From an uncultured Ignavibacterium sp. (GTDB taxonomy: Bacteria; Bacteroidota; Ignavibacteria; Ignavibacteriales; Ignavibacteriaceae): 64,000 nt of DNA. The notes under the pieces were generated by a model that saw only the letters and a list, made by a program, of their open reading frames with translations, was not told the origin of the DNA and did no database searches. Shown here one piece after another: positions 7,770 to 16,961 of this stretch. Every line of letters begins with the position of its first letter. The stretch's first letter is position 1. The DNA lies in assembly GCA_964522885.1 (NCBI GenBank), contig CAZFZE010000010.1, positions 11,915-75,914 on the forward strand. Reading direction: 5' to 3'. The position numbers and the translations under genes are program-made.

Positions 7770-8566
7770 CCTCCATCGACAATTAAGTTAGCGCCAGTCA
7801 TATATGCTGAAGCATCACTCGCTAAAAATATTATTGCTCCTCTATAATCATCAGGATAAGCCATTCTTCCTAAAGGAGTTTTTGCAGAATAATTTTTAAT
7901 AAAATAATCATCCTGATTATTCTCAACTCCACCTGGTGAAAGAGTATTAACCCTGACTCCTTTATTTCCCCAGTACGTTGCAAGAAATCTTGTGAAATTT
8001 ACTATCGCACCTTTTGTTGCCGGATAAGAAGGGGACTTGTAAAAATTCTGTGTCCCATCGGGCTTTTTGTAAATAGATTGATCAGGTCCAACTAATCCAT
8101 AAGTTGATGCAATATTTATAATACTACCTTTACCACTTTTTGCCATTTCAGAACCGATAACTTGTGAGCATAAAAAAGTGCCTGTTACATTTACATCCAG
8201 AGATTTTTGCCACATATCAAGTGGATAATTTTCAAACATTGATTGTTCTGTTGCAGCCTGAGGATTTTCAAACATATCATTTATTGCGGCATTATTTACC
8301 AAAATATCTATTCTTCCAAATTCATTTAAGGTTTTATCTCGTAAATTTTCAACCGATAATTTATTTGTAATATCAACGCCAACTCCAATTGATTTTGTTG
8401 GAAGGGAAGATGCAAACTTTTTGCATTTATCTTCGTCAAGATCACAGACAACAATATTTGCTCCGGCTTCTGCAAGAGCAGCACAATGATTTTTACCAAT
8501 CAATCCGAGTGCACCTGTTACAATTGCAACTTTATTTTTTAATGAAAATAATTCTAATGAGTTCAT
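7754..8566 (-). CDS. short-chain dehydrogenase/reductase (SDR)
   Basis: TGALGLIGK Rossmann motif, NNAA, and catalytic YPATK. Its 3' end overlaps the HAD gene start by 16 nt. Confidence 0.85.
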   Translation of the reverse strand: MNSLELFSLKNKVAIVTGALGLIGKNHCAALAEAGANIVVCDLDEDKCKKFASSLPTKSIGVGVDITNKLSVENLRDKTLNEFGRIDILVNNAAINDMFENPQAATEQSMFENYPLDMWQKSLDVNVTGTFLCSQVIGSEMAKSGKGSIINIASTYGLVGPDQSIYKKPDGTQNFYKSPSYPATKGAIVNFTRFLATYWGNKGVRVNTLSPGGVENNQDDYFIKNYSAKTPLGRMAYPDDYRGAIIFLASDASAYMTGANLIVDGGWTAW

Positions 8567-8568
8567 TT

Positions 8569-9909
8569 TTATTTCTTCTTTGGTTTCATATTAAAATTAC
8601 CAACTTTACGGAAAACTGGTTCCACCGGTTCACCGCGCAGATATGATTTTACATTTTTTTCTTCAACTGCTTTTTTAAGAATAGGCAAAACATCTTCATA
8701 AGCTTTTAGTGTGTAGGCAACATCATCATCAGAATGAGAAAAAGACATATTATGAAATCCACCCCAAAGAACTCCACGTTTAATCATTTCTTGCTGAACT
8801 AGAGATTTCATTTCAAGCGGATTACAACCTGATTTCTCACCATCAAAAGTAATAATTGTTCTGCAGTCATAACCAGAACATTTAGTGTAAGTCATACCAA
8901 GTTTTTCAGCTATTTGATTATAACCGGTTTTTAACTTGTTTCCTTGTTTAGCTAATTGTGCCTGAACATTTTTTTCAATCATTTCATTGATAGTTGCTTT
9001 AACAGCGGCAAGTGATAGAGCTTCTCCTCCAAATGTATTAAAGAAGAATACATCTTTTTCCAACAGCCACATAACATCTTTTCTTCCGGTTAAGATAGCA
9101 ATCGGCATTCCATTGGCAACAGCTTTTGAAAAACAAGCGAGATCAGCCTTAACTCCAAAGTATTCCTGTGCTCCGCCTAATGCAATTCTAAATCCGGTCC
9201 ACATTTCATCGAACACCAATAAGGTACCATTATTAGTACAAACATCCCTGAGTTTTTGAAGAAAATTATCTTTTGGTTCTTCAAAAACAAAAGGTTCAAG
9301 AACTACGCAAGCTGTATCTTCATCAATTGAGTCAATCACAGATTGAATATCATTATAATTAAATGTAAAAGATAAATCCTGTATTTCCTGCGGAATACCT
9401 TTATTCCGATCGGTAACAGCAATGTACCAATCGTGCCAACCATGATAACCACAACATAGCACTTTTTTTCTTCCTGTAAATGCGCGTGATAATCTAACTG
9501 CACCCGAAACAACATCAGCGCCACCTTTACTATAACGAATGGCTTCTGCATTTGGTACGACTTTATGAATCAACTCAGCAACTTCTACCTCTAACGGATG
9601 AGTTAAAGAAAAAGTTATTCCATCTTTTAGCTGTTCTTTAATTGCTTCATCAACCTTATCATAAGCATATCCTAACGAGAGGGGACCAACGCCCATTGTA
9701 TAATCAATGTATTCGTTACCATCAACGTCCCAAACGTGAGAACCTTTTCCTCTCTGGAGATATTTTGGAGCAACACCTTTTATATTTTGTCCGGTTCCTT
9801 TTGCGAGAGTTTGAGTCTGAGCAGGAATTAGTTCAAGAGCTGTTTTATAATACTCATCTGATTTAGTTATAGTTGGATAATCCTTGTTGAATTCAACTTT
9901 GTTAGGCAT
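8569..9909 (-). CDS. class-III PLP aminotransferase (glutamate-1-semialdehyde aminomutase-like)
   Basis: 446 aa with HemL-like pattern (GYHGWHDW, DEMWTGFR, ADLACFSKAVANGMP carrying the candidate PLP lysine). Confidence 0.85.
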   Translation of the reverse strand: MPNKVEFNKDYPTITKSDEYYKTALELIPAQTQTLAKGTGQNIKGVAPKYLQRGKGSHVWDVDGNEYIDYTMGVGPLSLGYAYDKVDEAIKEQLKDGITFSLTHPLEVEVAELIHKVVPNAEAIRYSKGGADVVSGAVRLSRAFTGRKKVLCCGYHGWHDWYIAVTDRNKGIPQEIQDLSFTFNYNDIQSVIDSIDEDTACVVLEPFVFEEPKDNFLQKLRDVCTNNGTLLVFDEMWTGFRIALGGAQEYFGVKADLACFSKAVANGMPIAILTGRKDVMWLLEKDVFFFNTFGGEALSLAAVKATINEMIEKNVQAQLAKQGNKLKTGYNQIAEKLGMTYTKCSGYDCRTIITFDGEKSGCNPLEMKSLVQQEMIKRGVLWGGFHNMSFSHSDDDVAYTLKAYEDVLPILKKAVEEKNVKSYLRGEPVEPVFRKVGNFNMKPKKK

Positions 9910-9921
9910 AAAATAATTTCC

Positions 9922-10731
9922 TTAAATAATTTTTGTTTGATTTGGAGTAATCGTTTTCAGTTCATCAAGATGATTTCTGTACCAATTCACTCCACAATAT
10001 TCTTCGTTAATTTTTTTTATTTCAGGTTTCTTTTCAAGTAAATTTAAAATATCCTTAAGAGTAAAATTATTCTTTTCAGGATAAAGTTCATCATATATCT
10101 TCTTTAAGAAATTGTAATCTTTTTGATAATCTATCGTAAAACGATGTGTCATAGAGTAGTCCAAACCGGTTTCCCATTCAACATTTCCAATTTTAAACTT
10201 GTCAGGATTTTCCCAAAAGTAGGGAGTAGTATGTTCTCTCTCGAAATTTTTTTTAGCATTATGCCAGGCATCTTCAAGAACTTTGAAGCTCATAATTTCA
10301 ACATCATTTCCATCAGGATATGTAGGCGGATGCAGATTACTTACATAATCAAAACGATTTGTATTATCTAAATAATATTTTATTACTTTTTCAATAATTT
10401 GCGGATCGATGACAGGGCAATCTGATGGGATTTTAACCACAGCTTCAGCATTAAAAAGTTTTGCTGCCTGATAATGTCTATCCAGTAAGTCAGAAAGATT
10501 TCCACGGTAACAATTCATACCAAACTTAGCACAAAGATCTTCCACAACATCATCAGTATGATCAGTTGATGTGGCTATCACAATCGTTCCCTTTAATTTT
10601 GAAGAAGCAACTCTCTGATACATTCTGTAGAGAAGAGGCTCATCTGCCAGAGGGAGTAATATTTTATTTGGTAATCTGCTTGAGCTGGTTCTTGCCTGAA
10701 TTACAGTAACAATATTTAAATTTGTGTTCAA
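9922..10731 (-). CDS. SpsF/CMP-ulosonate-type cytidylyltransferase
   Basis: N-terminus VIQARTSSSRLPNK is typical of SpsF-like / acylneuraminate cytidylyltransferase-family proteins. TTG start. Confidence 0.8.
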   Translation of the reverse strand: MNTNLNIVTVIQARTSSSRLPNKILLPLADEPLLYRMYQRVASSKLKGTIVIATSTDHTDDVVEDLCAKFGMNCYRGNLSDLLDRHYQAAKLFNAEAVVKIPSDCPVIDPQIIEKVIKYYLDNTNRFDYVSNLHPPTYPDGNDVEIMSFKVLEDAWHNAKKNFEREHTTPYFWENPDKFKIGNVEWETGLDYSMTHRFTIDYQKDYNFLKKIYDELYPEKNNFTLKDILNLLEKKPEIKKINEEYCGVNWYRNHLDELKTITPNQTKII

Positions 10732-10745
10732 ATTTATTGGTCAAA

Positions 10746-11804
10746 TCATTCAACTTTTAACAATTTTCTTTTTAACAAATATTTTATTTCAAGTTTTAAA
10801 TCTTCTAAATATTTGTTTTTTTCTTTCTGTCGAATAACAGGGCTTTCTGAAAGCAATAAATCTTTTGCTATTCCCGCAATTTCTTTAGCTGAAGTTCCAT
10901 TATTTTGTATCGGTAAAAGTTTTTTAAGATCATTGATATCAAAGTCACAATAAACTTCCTTACCTAAAGCAAGGGCAGGGAAAACTGTACTTGAAAATCT
11001 TGTAATCAGAACATCACAATTTGTAATTAATGGGTCTATACTAATACCATGGTAAACAAGTGCGTTTGGTGCATATTTTTTTATTTCAGCAGTTCTTTTC
11101 TTCACATTCTCATTGGGATGAAGTTTGAATATTAATTTTCTTCCATTTGCAATTTTTAGTGCGTCCAAAATAAACTTTTTACGATTTTCATATTTAAGTG
11201 TTTCACGAATATCTGAAGTGGCGACCAATACAAAATTTTTATGCTCAAATTTGTAATCTCTAAACTTATTAAAATCATCAAAATTTGGAATTCCTGTTAC
11301 TCTGATTTTACTTGGATTAACTCCTTTTTTAATGAACAATTCTTTGAAACCCTCTGATGCAACGCAAAAGATATCATATTCATGAGAAAGTCCAGTCATA
11401 GAAGTGCTGGCACACCATCTTGGTAAATTTAGAAATCTTGTAACATGATAACGCCAATCAACAGGATCAACCATACCTTCTTGCACAAGAACAATTTTAT
11501 ATTTTTTAATGTTGGATGGAATAATCAGATCCTGAGAAGTAATAACCAAATCATAATCGTCATTGCGACCTTTATAATCCAGTTTCAAGTTATTTTGTTT
11601 GATATATTCGAGTGTTTTTCTCTTAAACTCACCACCCATAATTGTAAATTCAAGCATCTTTAACTTGACCATTATTCCCAAAATACCAGAAGCGAAATAT
11701 GGTGTAAAATAACAATCATATTCAGGTAGATGCTTAGAAATTTTGTGCATCATTGTGGTTTGGTTCAAAGAACCACCAATAAATAGAATTTTGGGTTTAT
11801 TCAT
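10746..11804 (-). CDS. putative GT-B transferase (TagF/KpsS-like), candidate ulosonic acid transferase
   Basis: The C-terminal half carries KLHPNE ... CDVLITRFSSTVFPALALGKEVY. This resembles the HP / D.LITDYSS motifs of CDP-glycerol glycerophosphotransferases and capsule Kdo transferases. It is the first gene of the operon. Confidence 0.35.
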   Translation of the reverse strand: MNKPKILFIGGSLNQTTMMHKISKHLPEYDCYFTPYFASGILGIMVKLKMLEFTIMGGEFKRKTLEYIKQNNLKLDYKGRNDDYDLVITSQDLIIPSNIKKYKIVLVQEGMVDPVDWRYHVTRFLNLPRWCASTSMTGLSHEYDIFCVASEGFKELFIKKGVNPSKIRVTGIPNFDDFNKFRDYKFEHKNFVLVATSDIRETLKYENRKKFILDALKIANGRKLIFKLHPNENVKKRTAEIKKYAPNALVYHGISIDPLITNCDVLITRFSSTVFPALALGKEVYCDFDINDLKKLLPIQNNGTSAKEIAGIAKDLLLSESPVIRQKEKNKYLEDLKLEIKYLLKRKLLKVE

Positions 11805-12134
11805 TAGTTAAAGTTTATTCTGTTGTTTATAAAAATACAATAAAATCCAGTTTGATTGAAAATTTTAATTTACTGGATTTTAAAAACCATATTCAAATAA
11901 TTAAACATTAATTTTTTATTTATGCTATTAAGATAAAAACCGGAATAAATTTTATTTTTCTAAAGATTATGGCTCAAAAAATGATAAAAAAATGATTAAA
12001 AAGCACAAGCTTTTCAGGATTTATAAAAAATATTCCCAAAAGGTGCTATTATTCACACTTTCTCGGTAAGTTTGATAAGCGTTTAATGTTTTATTAAATT
12101 TCAAGAAAAGATAAATCAATTCGAAAGGTTACTA

Positions 12135-13076
12135 ATGACGCCAGTTAAACCACAAAGACTTAAACCAAAAGATGTAATTGGAATTATTTCGCCTGCATCA
12201 TCTCCGGATGAATTTTTAAGAGTTGAAAAAGGTGTTAAGTATCTGGAATCTCTCGGTTATAGAGTTAAAGTTGGAAAAAATGTTGGTAAAAACCATGGCT
12301 ATTTAGCTGGGACTGATGAAGAAAGAGTTGAAGATTTGCACTCAATGTTTAAAGATAAAAATGTAAAAGCAGTTTTTACGGTACGTGGTGGATATGGCGC
12401 ATTCAGATTATTGGATAAAATTGATTACAGAATTATAAAGAGTTATCCAAAAATATTTGTCGGGTATAGTGAAATAACATCCCTTCAGATGGCTTTTTTT
12501 GAAAAAACTGGATTGGTTACTTTTGCAGGTCCTATGGTTGGAGTTGATTTTTATGATGAAGTTAGGCCGTATACTACAGAAAATTTTTGGGCAATGATAA
12601 CTTCAAATAAAAAAATTGGAAAGTTAACTTTTCCCGAAGATCAAAAATTACCATCCCTCAATAAAGGCAATGCTTCGGGTAGAATTGTTGGTGGAAATCT
12701 TGCCGTTTTTGCAGCACTTCTTGGAACGGAATACTTCCCAAACTTAACCGGTAAAATTTTAATGATTGAAGATATTGGTGAACTTCCTTACAGAATTGAT
12801 AGGATTTTAAATCAATTAAGATTAGCCGGCGCATTCAAAAAAATTAAAGGCATAATTCTGGGTAGATTTGTTGATTGTAACGAGCACGATCCCGCAAAAA
12901 AAACTTTATCGTTAGGGGAGGTAATTCAGCATTATGTTGGTGCAGTAAAAGTTCCTTCAGTCTACACTTTTCCGCATGGACATATAAAAGACTTCTTAAC
13001 TGTACCATTTGGTATAAAAGTAAACTTGAATGCCACAAAGGGAACAATTGAATTTGCTGAGGCTGCGGTTAAATAG
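12135..13076 (+). CDS. ldcA: LD-carboxypeptidase (peptidase S66, muramoyltetrapeptide carboxypeptidase)
   Basis: Family pattern GIISPASS, VRGGYG, GYSEITSLQ and FPHGH. Confidence 0.85.
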   Translation: MTPVKPQRLKPKDVIGIISPASSPDEFLRVEKGVKYLESLGYRVKVGKNVGKNHGYLAGTDEERVEDLHSMFKDKNVKAVFTVRGGYGAFRLLDKIDYRIIKSYPKIFVGYSEITSLQMAFFEKTGLVTFAGPMVGVDFYDEVRPYTTENFWAMITSNKKIGKLTFPEDQKLPSLNKGNASGRIVGGNLAVFAALLGTEYFPNLTGKILMIEDIGELPYRIDRILNQLRLAGAFKKIKGIILGRFVDCNEHDPAKKTLSLGEVIQHYVGAVKVPSVYTFPHGHIKDFLTVPFGIKVNLNATKGTIEFAEAAVK

Positions 13077-13911
13077 CTTTCTGAATAAAAGTAAAATAAT
13101 TTTTACATTTAAAATATAATTCTGTTTGATAAGCTGCTTCTTCATCTTCAAAAATTCCCCATACTGTTGAACCCGTTCCGGTCATCATTGAAAATGCTGC
13201 TCCGAAGTACTGCATTTTTTCTTTGATCTCTTTTATCTCTTTATAATGGTCGAAAATAATTTCCTCAAAATCATTTATTGCAATTCTACGCAAATCTTCT
13301 AAATCAATTAATTGTTTATTGCATAATGATTTTAGGCTTATCTTTGGGAGGTGTGGCGTAACTAATCCAAAGGCAAATTTTGTAGAGATATGAATTCCAG
13401 GATTTACTATTAACAACGTCCCTTTTAGTTTTAAATTAATTGGAGTAATTAACTCACCTCTTGCTTCTGCGAAAGAAGCGACAGGATTAAGAAAGAAAGG
13501 AACATCAGATCCGAGCTCCAAAGCTAGTTTCTTAAGATTGTCGTTATCGATTTCTAAATTATATAGTTTGAGAAGAGCTAATAAAGTGGATGCTGCATTT
13601 GAACTACCACCACCCAAACCTGCACCAATTGGGATATTCTTCTGCAAATAGATTTTGGGTCTTAATTCTACAGAAAGATGATTCTCTAAAATCTCTTTTG
13701 CTTTTATTATAAGATTAGATTTTTCTTTGTTCAGATTTTCATCATTGCTATCAAACGAGAACTTATCAGAGATAGTAAAAGTCATATCATCTGCAAGATC
13801 TAAAGGATAAAAAATAGTCTCCAGATTATGATAACCATCTTCTCTTTTTGAAATTATATTAAGTCCAATATTTATTTTTGCTCTGGAACTAAATTTTATT
13901 GTTTCCATCAA
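13069..13911 (-). CDS. ispE: 4-diphosphocytidyl-2-C-methyl-D-erythritol kinase
   Basis: KINIGLNI..KR.DGYH.LETIF and the GHMP kinase motif IPIGAGLGGGSSNAAS. Confidence 0.9.
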   Translation of the reverse strand: MMETIKFSSRAKINIGLNIISKREDGYHNLETIFYPLDLADDMTFTISDKFSFDSNDENLNKEKSNLIIKAKEILENHLSVELRPKIYLQKNIPIGAGLGGGSSNAASTLLALLKLYNLEIDNDNLKKLALELGSDVPFFLNPVASFAEARGELITPINLKLKGTLLIVNPGIHISTKFAFGLVTPHLPKISLKSLCNKQLIDLEDLRRIAINDFEEIIFDHYKEIKEIKEKMQYFGAAFSMMTGTGSTVWGIFEDEEAAYQTELYFKCKNYFTFIQKAI

Positions 13912-15907
13912 TCAATGCTCTGATTTTCTTTATATGGTCAGGAGATGAGCCACAACAAGCTCCAATAAATGATGGATTTAACTTTAAATATGGCTTTACT
14001 TGCTTTGCATAATCATCAGGATTAATTGCACATTTAATTTCCTCATCAGTATAATTTCCGCTGCCACAATTTAAATAAAAACCCCAGTTCAAATTTGGCC
14101 TAAGTCGTTCAACTGCCTTTTCTAAAGCATCGAATGTAATACAATTAAATCCGATTGCTAGTGGATTGTAATTTAATACATAATCGATAGCGTCAGTAAG
14201 GTTTTCTCCTGATAATAATTTTGGTTTATCCATAAAGAAAAAGTTCATAACAAATGGAATATTATTTTGTCCGCAGTATTTTGCTATAAATTTTATTTCA
14301 TCAAAATGACTTTGTGTTTCATTCATTATAAAGTCACAACCACTTTCCATTAAAGCATCTATATGAACACGATGATTCCACTCAAGATCCTTTTGTGAAA
14401 TTGTTCTTTCAACTTGGTAACAATCTTCTGCAGGAGCATTTGAACCAGCAATCAAAACTGTAGACCTACCTCTGGCTAATTTAGCTAATTGAACTGCCTT
14501 AGAAACTTTTTCAGTAATATCTGTAATCCCTGAAGTTACAAGGGTATATGGATTTGTTCTAAAAGTATTTGTAGTAATAATGTCTGCTCCAGCTTTAATA
14601 TATTCTTTATGAAGATTGAGGACTTTTTGTGAATATTCTTCATTAGCTGAAGCACTCCAAATGCGCTTTTTTGATGTAGCTTTTTGTTGCTGTAATTGGC
14701 TTCCCATGGCACCATCTAAAACAAGCGGAACCTGAAGTTGACGTGCTTTTTCAAATGGATTATCTCTTTTTTTGACTACGATTTTGTCATATTCATCATA
14801 ATACTTTTCAATTTCCTCCAGCATTTTATAAAGATCGAGATTTTTTATACACTCAAGATCATATGGACATTCTTTTTTCCAGCAAGGTGAGCAAAATAAA
14901 TCAGGTTGATATATTTTAACTCCACGATCATATAGATCTATTTCCGTCCAGCAGCTAACCCCGAACCAAGCAATTACATATTTTTTAAGTGCAATGGCTA
15001 AGTGCATTCCAAAAGAATCGCCTGTTACAATAACTTGTGGGATTGATTCATAACAAGCGCCTCTTCTTACACCTTCTGTAGTAGGAGTATTTATTATTCG
15101 TCCTTTAAAATGATCAGCTATTTCTTTGTTACGTTCGGTATCTTCCGGCCCTCCTAAAAGCATAATTTTATATTTTCTTTTTTGCAACAATTTATTTATC
15201 AAAAAAATATGCTGACCTACTGACATTTTTTTATTGGGGTATAGATTTGAGCAACCTGTATTAAATCCAATTATTTTTTGATTGTCTGATAATTTTTTTT
15301 CTTTTTTATAATTTTCAATAAACCTTAATTCTTCATTAGTAAAATTAAAAGTGTATTCATCTCGATTATAATCCAATTCAAGTGTTTCGGCAAGATAATC
15401 CTGACCCGTACGCTGATTAACTTTAAACTTTAGATGATCATCCATTCCAAGATTATAATTATACAGAGCGCCTTCATTTACTGGAATTATTTTTCCGTTT
15501 TTATCAAGTCCGAATCCTAATTTCTTTTCTGCTTTTAGACTATTTAACAGTGCACAAGATCTTTGTGATTTATCAATGTTCATTACAATATCAAATTCCA
15601 TTTCTTTTAGAATTGATAAGGATTCAAAATCATATACAAAAACCTGATCAATAAATTGATTGTTGTTGAGCAATGGTGCAGATATTTTTAATGTTATCCA
15701 ATAGATGGTTGATTCAGGATATTTCCTTTTTATAGCCGGCAATTGAGCTGTTGTCATAAGAACATCACCCATTGCATCAAGGTTGATGATTAAAATTTTT
15801 GTGCCTATCGGAATATGTTCCTTACAACCATCTTCCAAACAATTATGATCAGGAAAACAAGGTTTATATCCAGTAAATCTTTTACAATCAGGAATACTTT
15901 TTAACAT
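13889..15907 (-). CDS. fusion protein: GT9 (heptosyltransferase-family) glycosyltransferase plus homocysteine S-methyltransferase (zinc thiol-methyltransferase) domain
   Basis: Residues 1 to about 370 carry GT9 hallmarks (ILIINLDAMGDVLMTT, VTGDSFGMHLA). Residues from about 383 to 672 carry LDGAMGS, GADIITTNTF, GFNC and GACCGSSPDHI. Confidence 0.8.
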   Translation of the reverse strand: MLKSIPDCKRFTGYKPCFPDHNCLEDGCKEHIPIGTKILIINLDAMGDVLMTTAQLPAIKRKYPESTIYWITLKISAPLLNNNQFIDQVFVYDFESLSILKEMEFDIVMNIDKSQRSCALLNSLKAEKKLGFGLDKNGKIIPVNEGALYNYNLGMDDHLKFKVNQRTGQDYLAETLELDYNRDEYTFNFTNEELRFIENYKKEKKLSDNQKIIGFNTGCSNLYPNKKMSVGQHIFLINKLLQKRKYKIMLLGGPEDTERNKEIADHFKGRIINTPTTEGVRRGACYESIPQVIVTGDSFGMHLAIALKKYVIAWFGVSCWTEIDLYDRGVKIYQPDLFCSPCWKKECPYDLECIKNLDLYKMLEEIEKYYDEYDKIVVKKRDNPFEKARQLQVPLVLDGAMGSQLQQQKATSKKRIWSASANEEYSQKVLNLHKEYIKAGADIITTNTFRTNPYTLVTSGITDITEKVSKAVQLAKLARGRSTVLIAGSNAPAEDCYQVERTISQKDLEWNHRVHIDALMESGCDFIMNETQSHFDEIKFIAKYCGQNNIPFVMNFFFMDKPKLLSGENLTDAIDYVLNYNPLAIGFNCITFDALEKAVERLRPNLNWGFYLNCGSGNYTDEEIKCAINPDDYAKQVKPYLKLNPSFIGACCGSSPDHIKKIRALIDGNNKI

Positions 15908-16961
15908 TTATATATTTCTCCAAAAAAGGTTCTAATTTATTTAGTACTTGTTCATATGAAATATTTTTAAGAGTTGGCTCTTTTGTTTCAACATACTCAA
16001 AATCAGTATTATATGGGCTCCAGACCATATCCTCAGTATTATATTTTACATATAATCCAAATACCGGAATTTTTTTTATAGATGCAATATGCACAATTGA
16101 AGTATCCGGTGTTATAAGAAAATTTAAGCTTAGAATAGCTGATGCAAAAATACCAAAACTATCTGTTACAGGGTAAATATTTTCTATTGTTGTAATATTC
16201 TGTGCGTAATGAAAATCTTTTGCTGAACAGAAAAGAAGTATTCTTGCATCGAACTTTGCAAGTGATGAAAAAAGTTTCTTGTAATTTTCTACTCCCCAAA
16301 ACCTTGCTTCGCTGCCTGCAGAGATATTTACACCGATAAGAAACTTATTGTTAGGACTCATTTTTACAATTTGTTCCTGTGCCAATAATTTTTCACTATC
16401 GGTTGGATAGTAATGGACTGATAAATCTTTAATGTTGGCTTTAAGATTAAATAATTCAAGGAGTTTTATATTTCTTAAAATTACGTGATTAGTTTTTGAA
16501 TCTATTTTTTCTACAACATTTGTATAAAGTTTGGCATTAGATTTCTTTAACCCGAATTTATATTTTGTTTTAGCTAAAGCAATTAAAAAGCTAACTGTAG
16601 TGGATACATCATCATGCAAATCAATTACAGCATCAATAGCTTTATTTTTAATAATTTTATTTATCGATAAAAATGCCTTTAATCCCTTTTGAAAAATGAA
16701 AACCTCATCAATATCCGGATTATTTTTAAAGATAAAATGATTTTTCCTATCAGCTAGCACATATATCTTACAACCAATTTGTCTCTTAATCTCAGAAAGT
16801 AGGGGAGTAGTAACAAGAGCATCACCAATTCTGTTTAATCTTATAAAAAGCAAATTTGAATTTGAATTGAATGTCGGCAATTGTGATTGTTTTTTGACGG
16901 GATTAAAAAAAAACAAAACTTTTAATAATAAATTTTTAAGAAAGATTTCAATTTTTTTCAT
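15888..16961 (-). CDS. glycosyltransferase family 9 (LPS heptosyltransferase-like)
   Basis: LFIRLNRIGDALVTTPLL and PDTSIVHIAS motifs. It overlaps both neighbouring genes. Confidence 0.75.
   Translation of the reverse strand: MKKIEIFLKNLLLKVLFFFNPVKKQSQLPTFNSNSNLLFIRLNRIGDALVTTPLLSEIKRQIGCKIYVLADRKNHFIFKNNPDIDEVFIFQKGLKAFLSINKIIKNKAIDAVIDLHDDVSTTVSFLIALAKTKYKFGLKKSNAKLYTNVVEKIDSKTNHVILRNIKLLELFNLKANIKDLSVHYYPTDSEKLLAQEQIVKMSPNNKFLIGVNISAGSEARFWGVENYKKLFSSLAKFDARILLFCSAKDFHYAQNITTIENIYPVTDSFGIFASAILSLNFLITPDTSIVHIASIKKIPVFGLYVKYNTEDMVWSPYNTDFEYVETKEPTLKNISYEQVLNKLEPFLEKYINVKKYS

Noticed and set aside
13069-13076. 8-nt overlap of the convergent 3' ends of ldcA and ispE.
   Set aside because: A short convergent stop-codon overlap is common in compact genomes. 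Nothing suggests antisense regulation.
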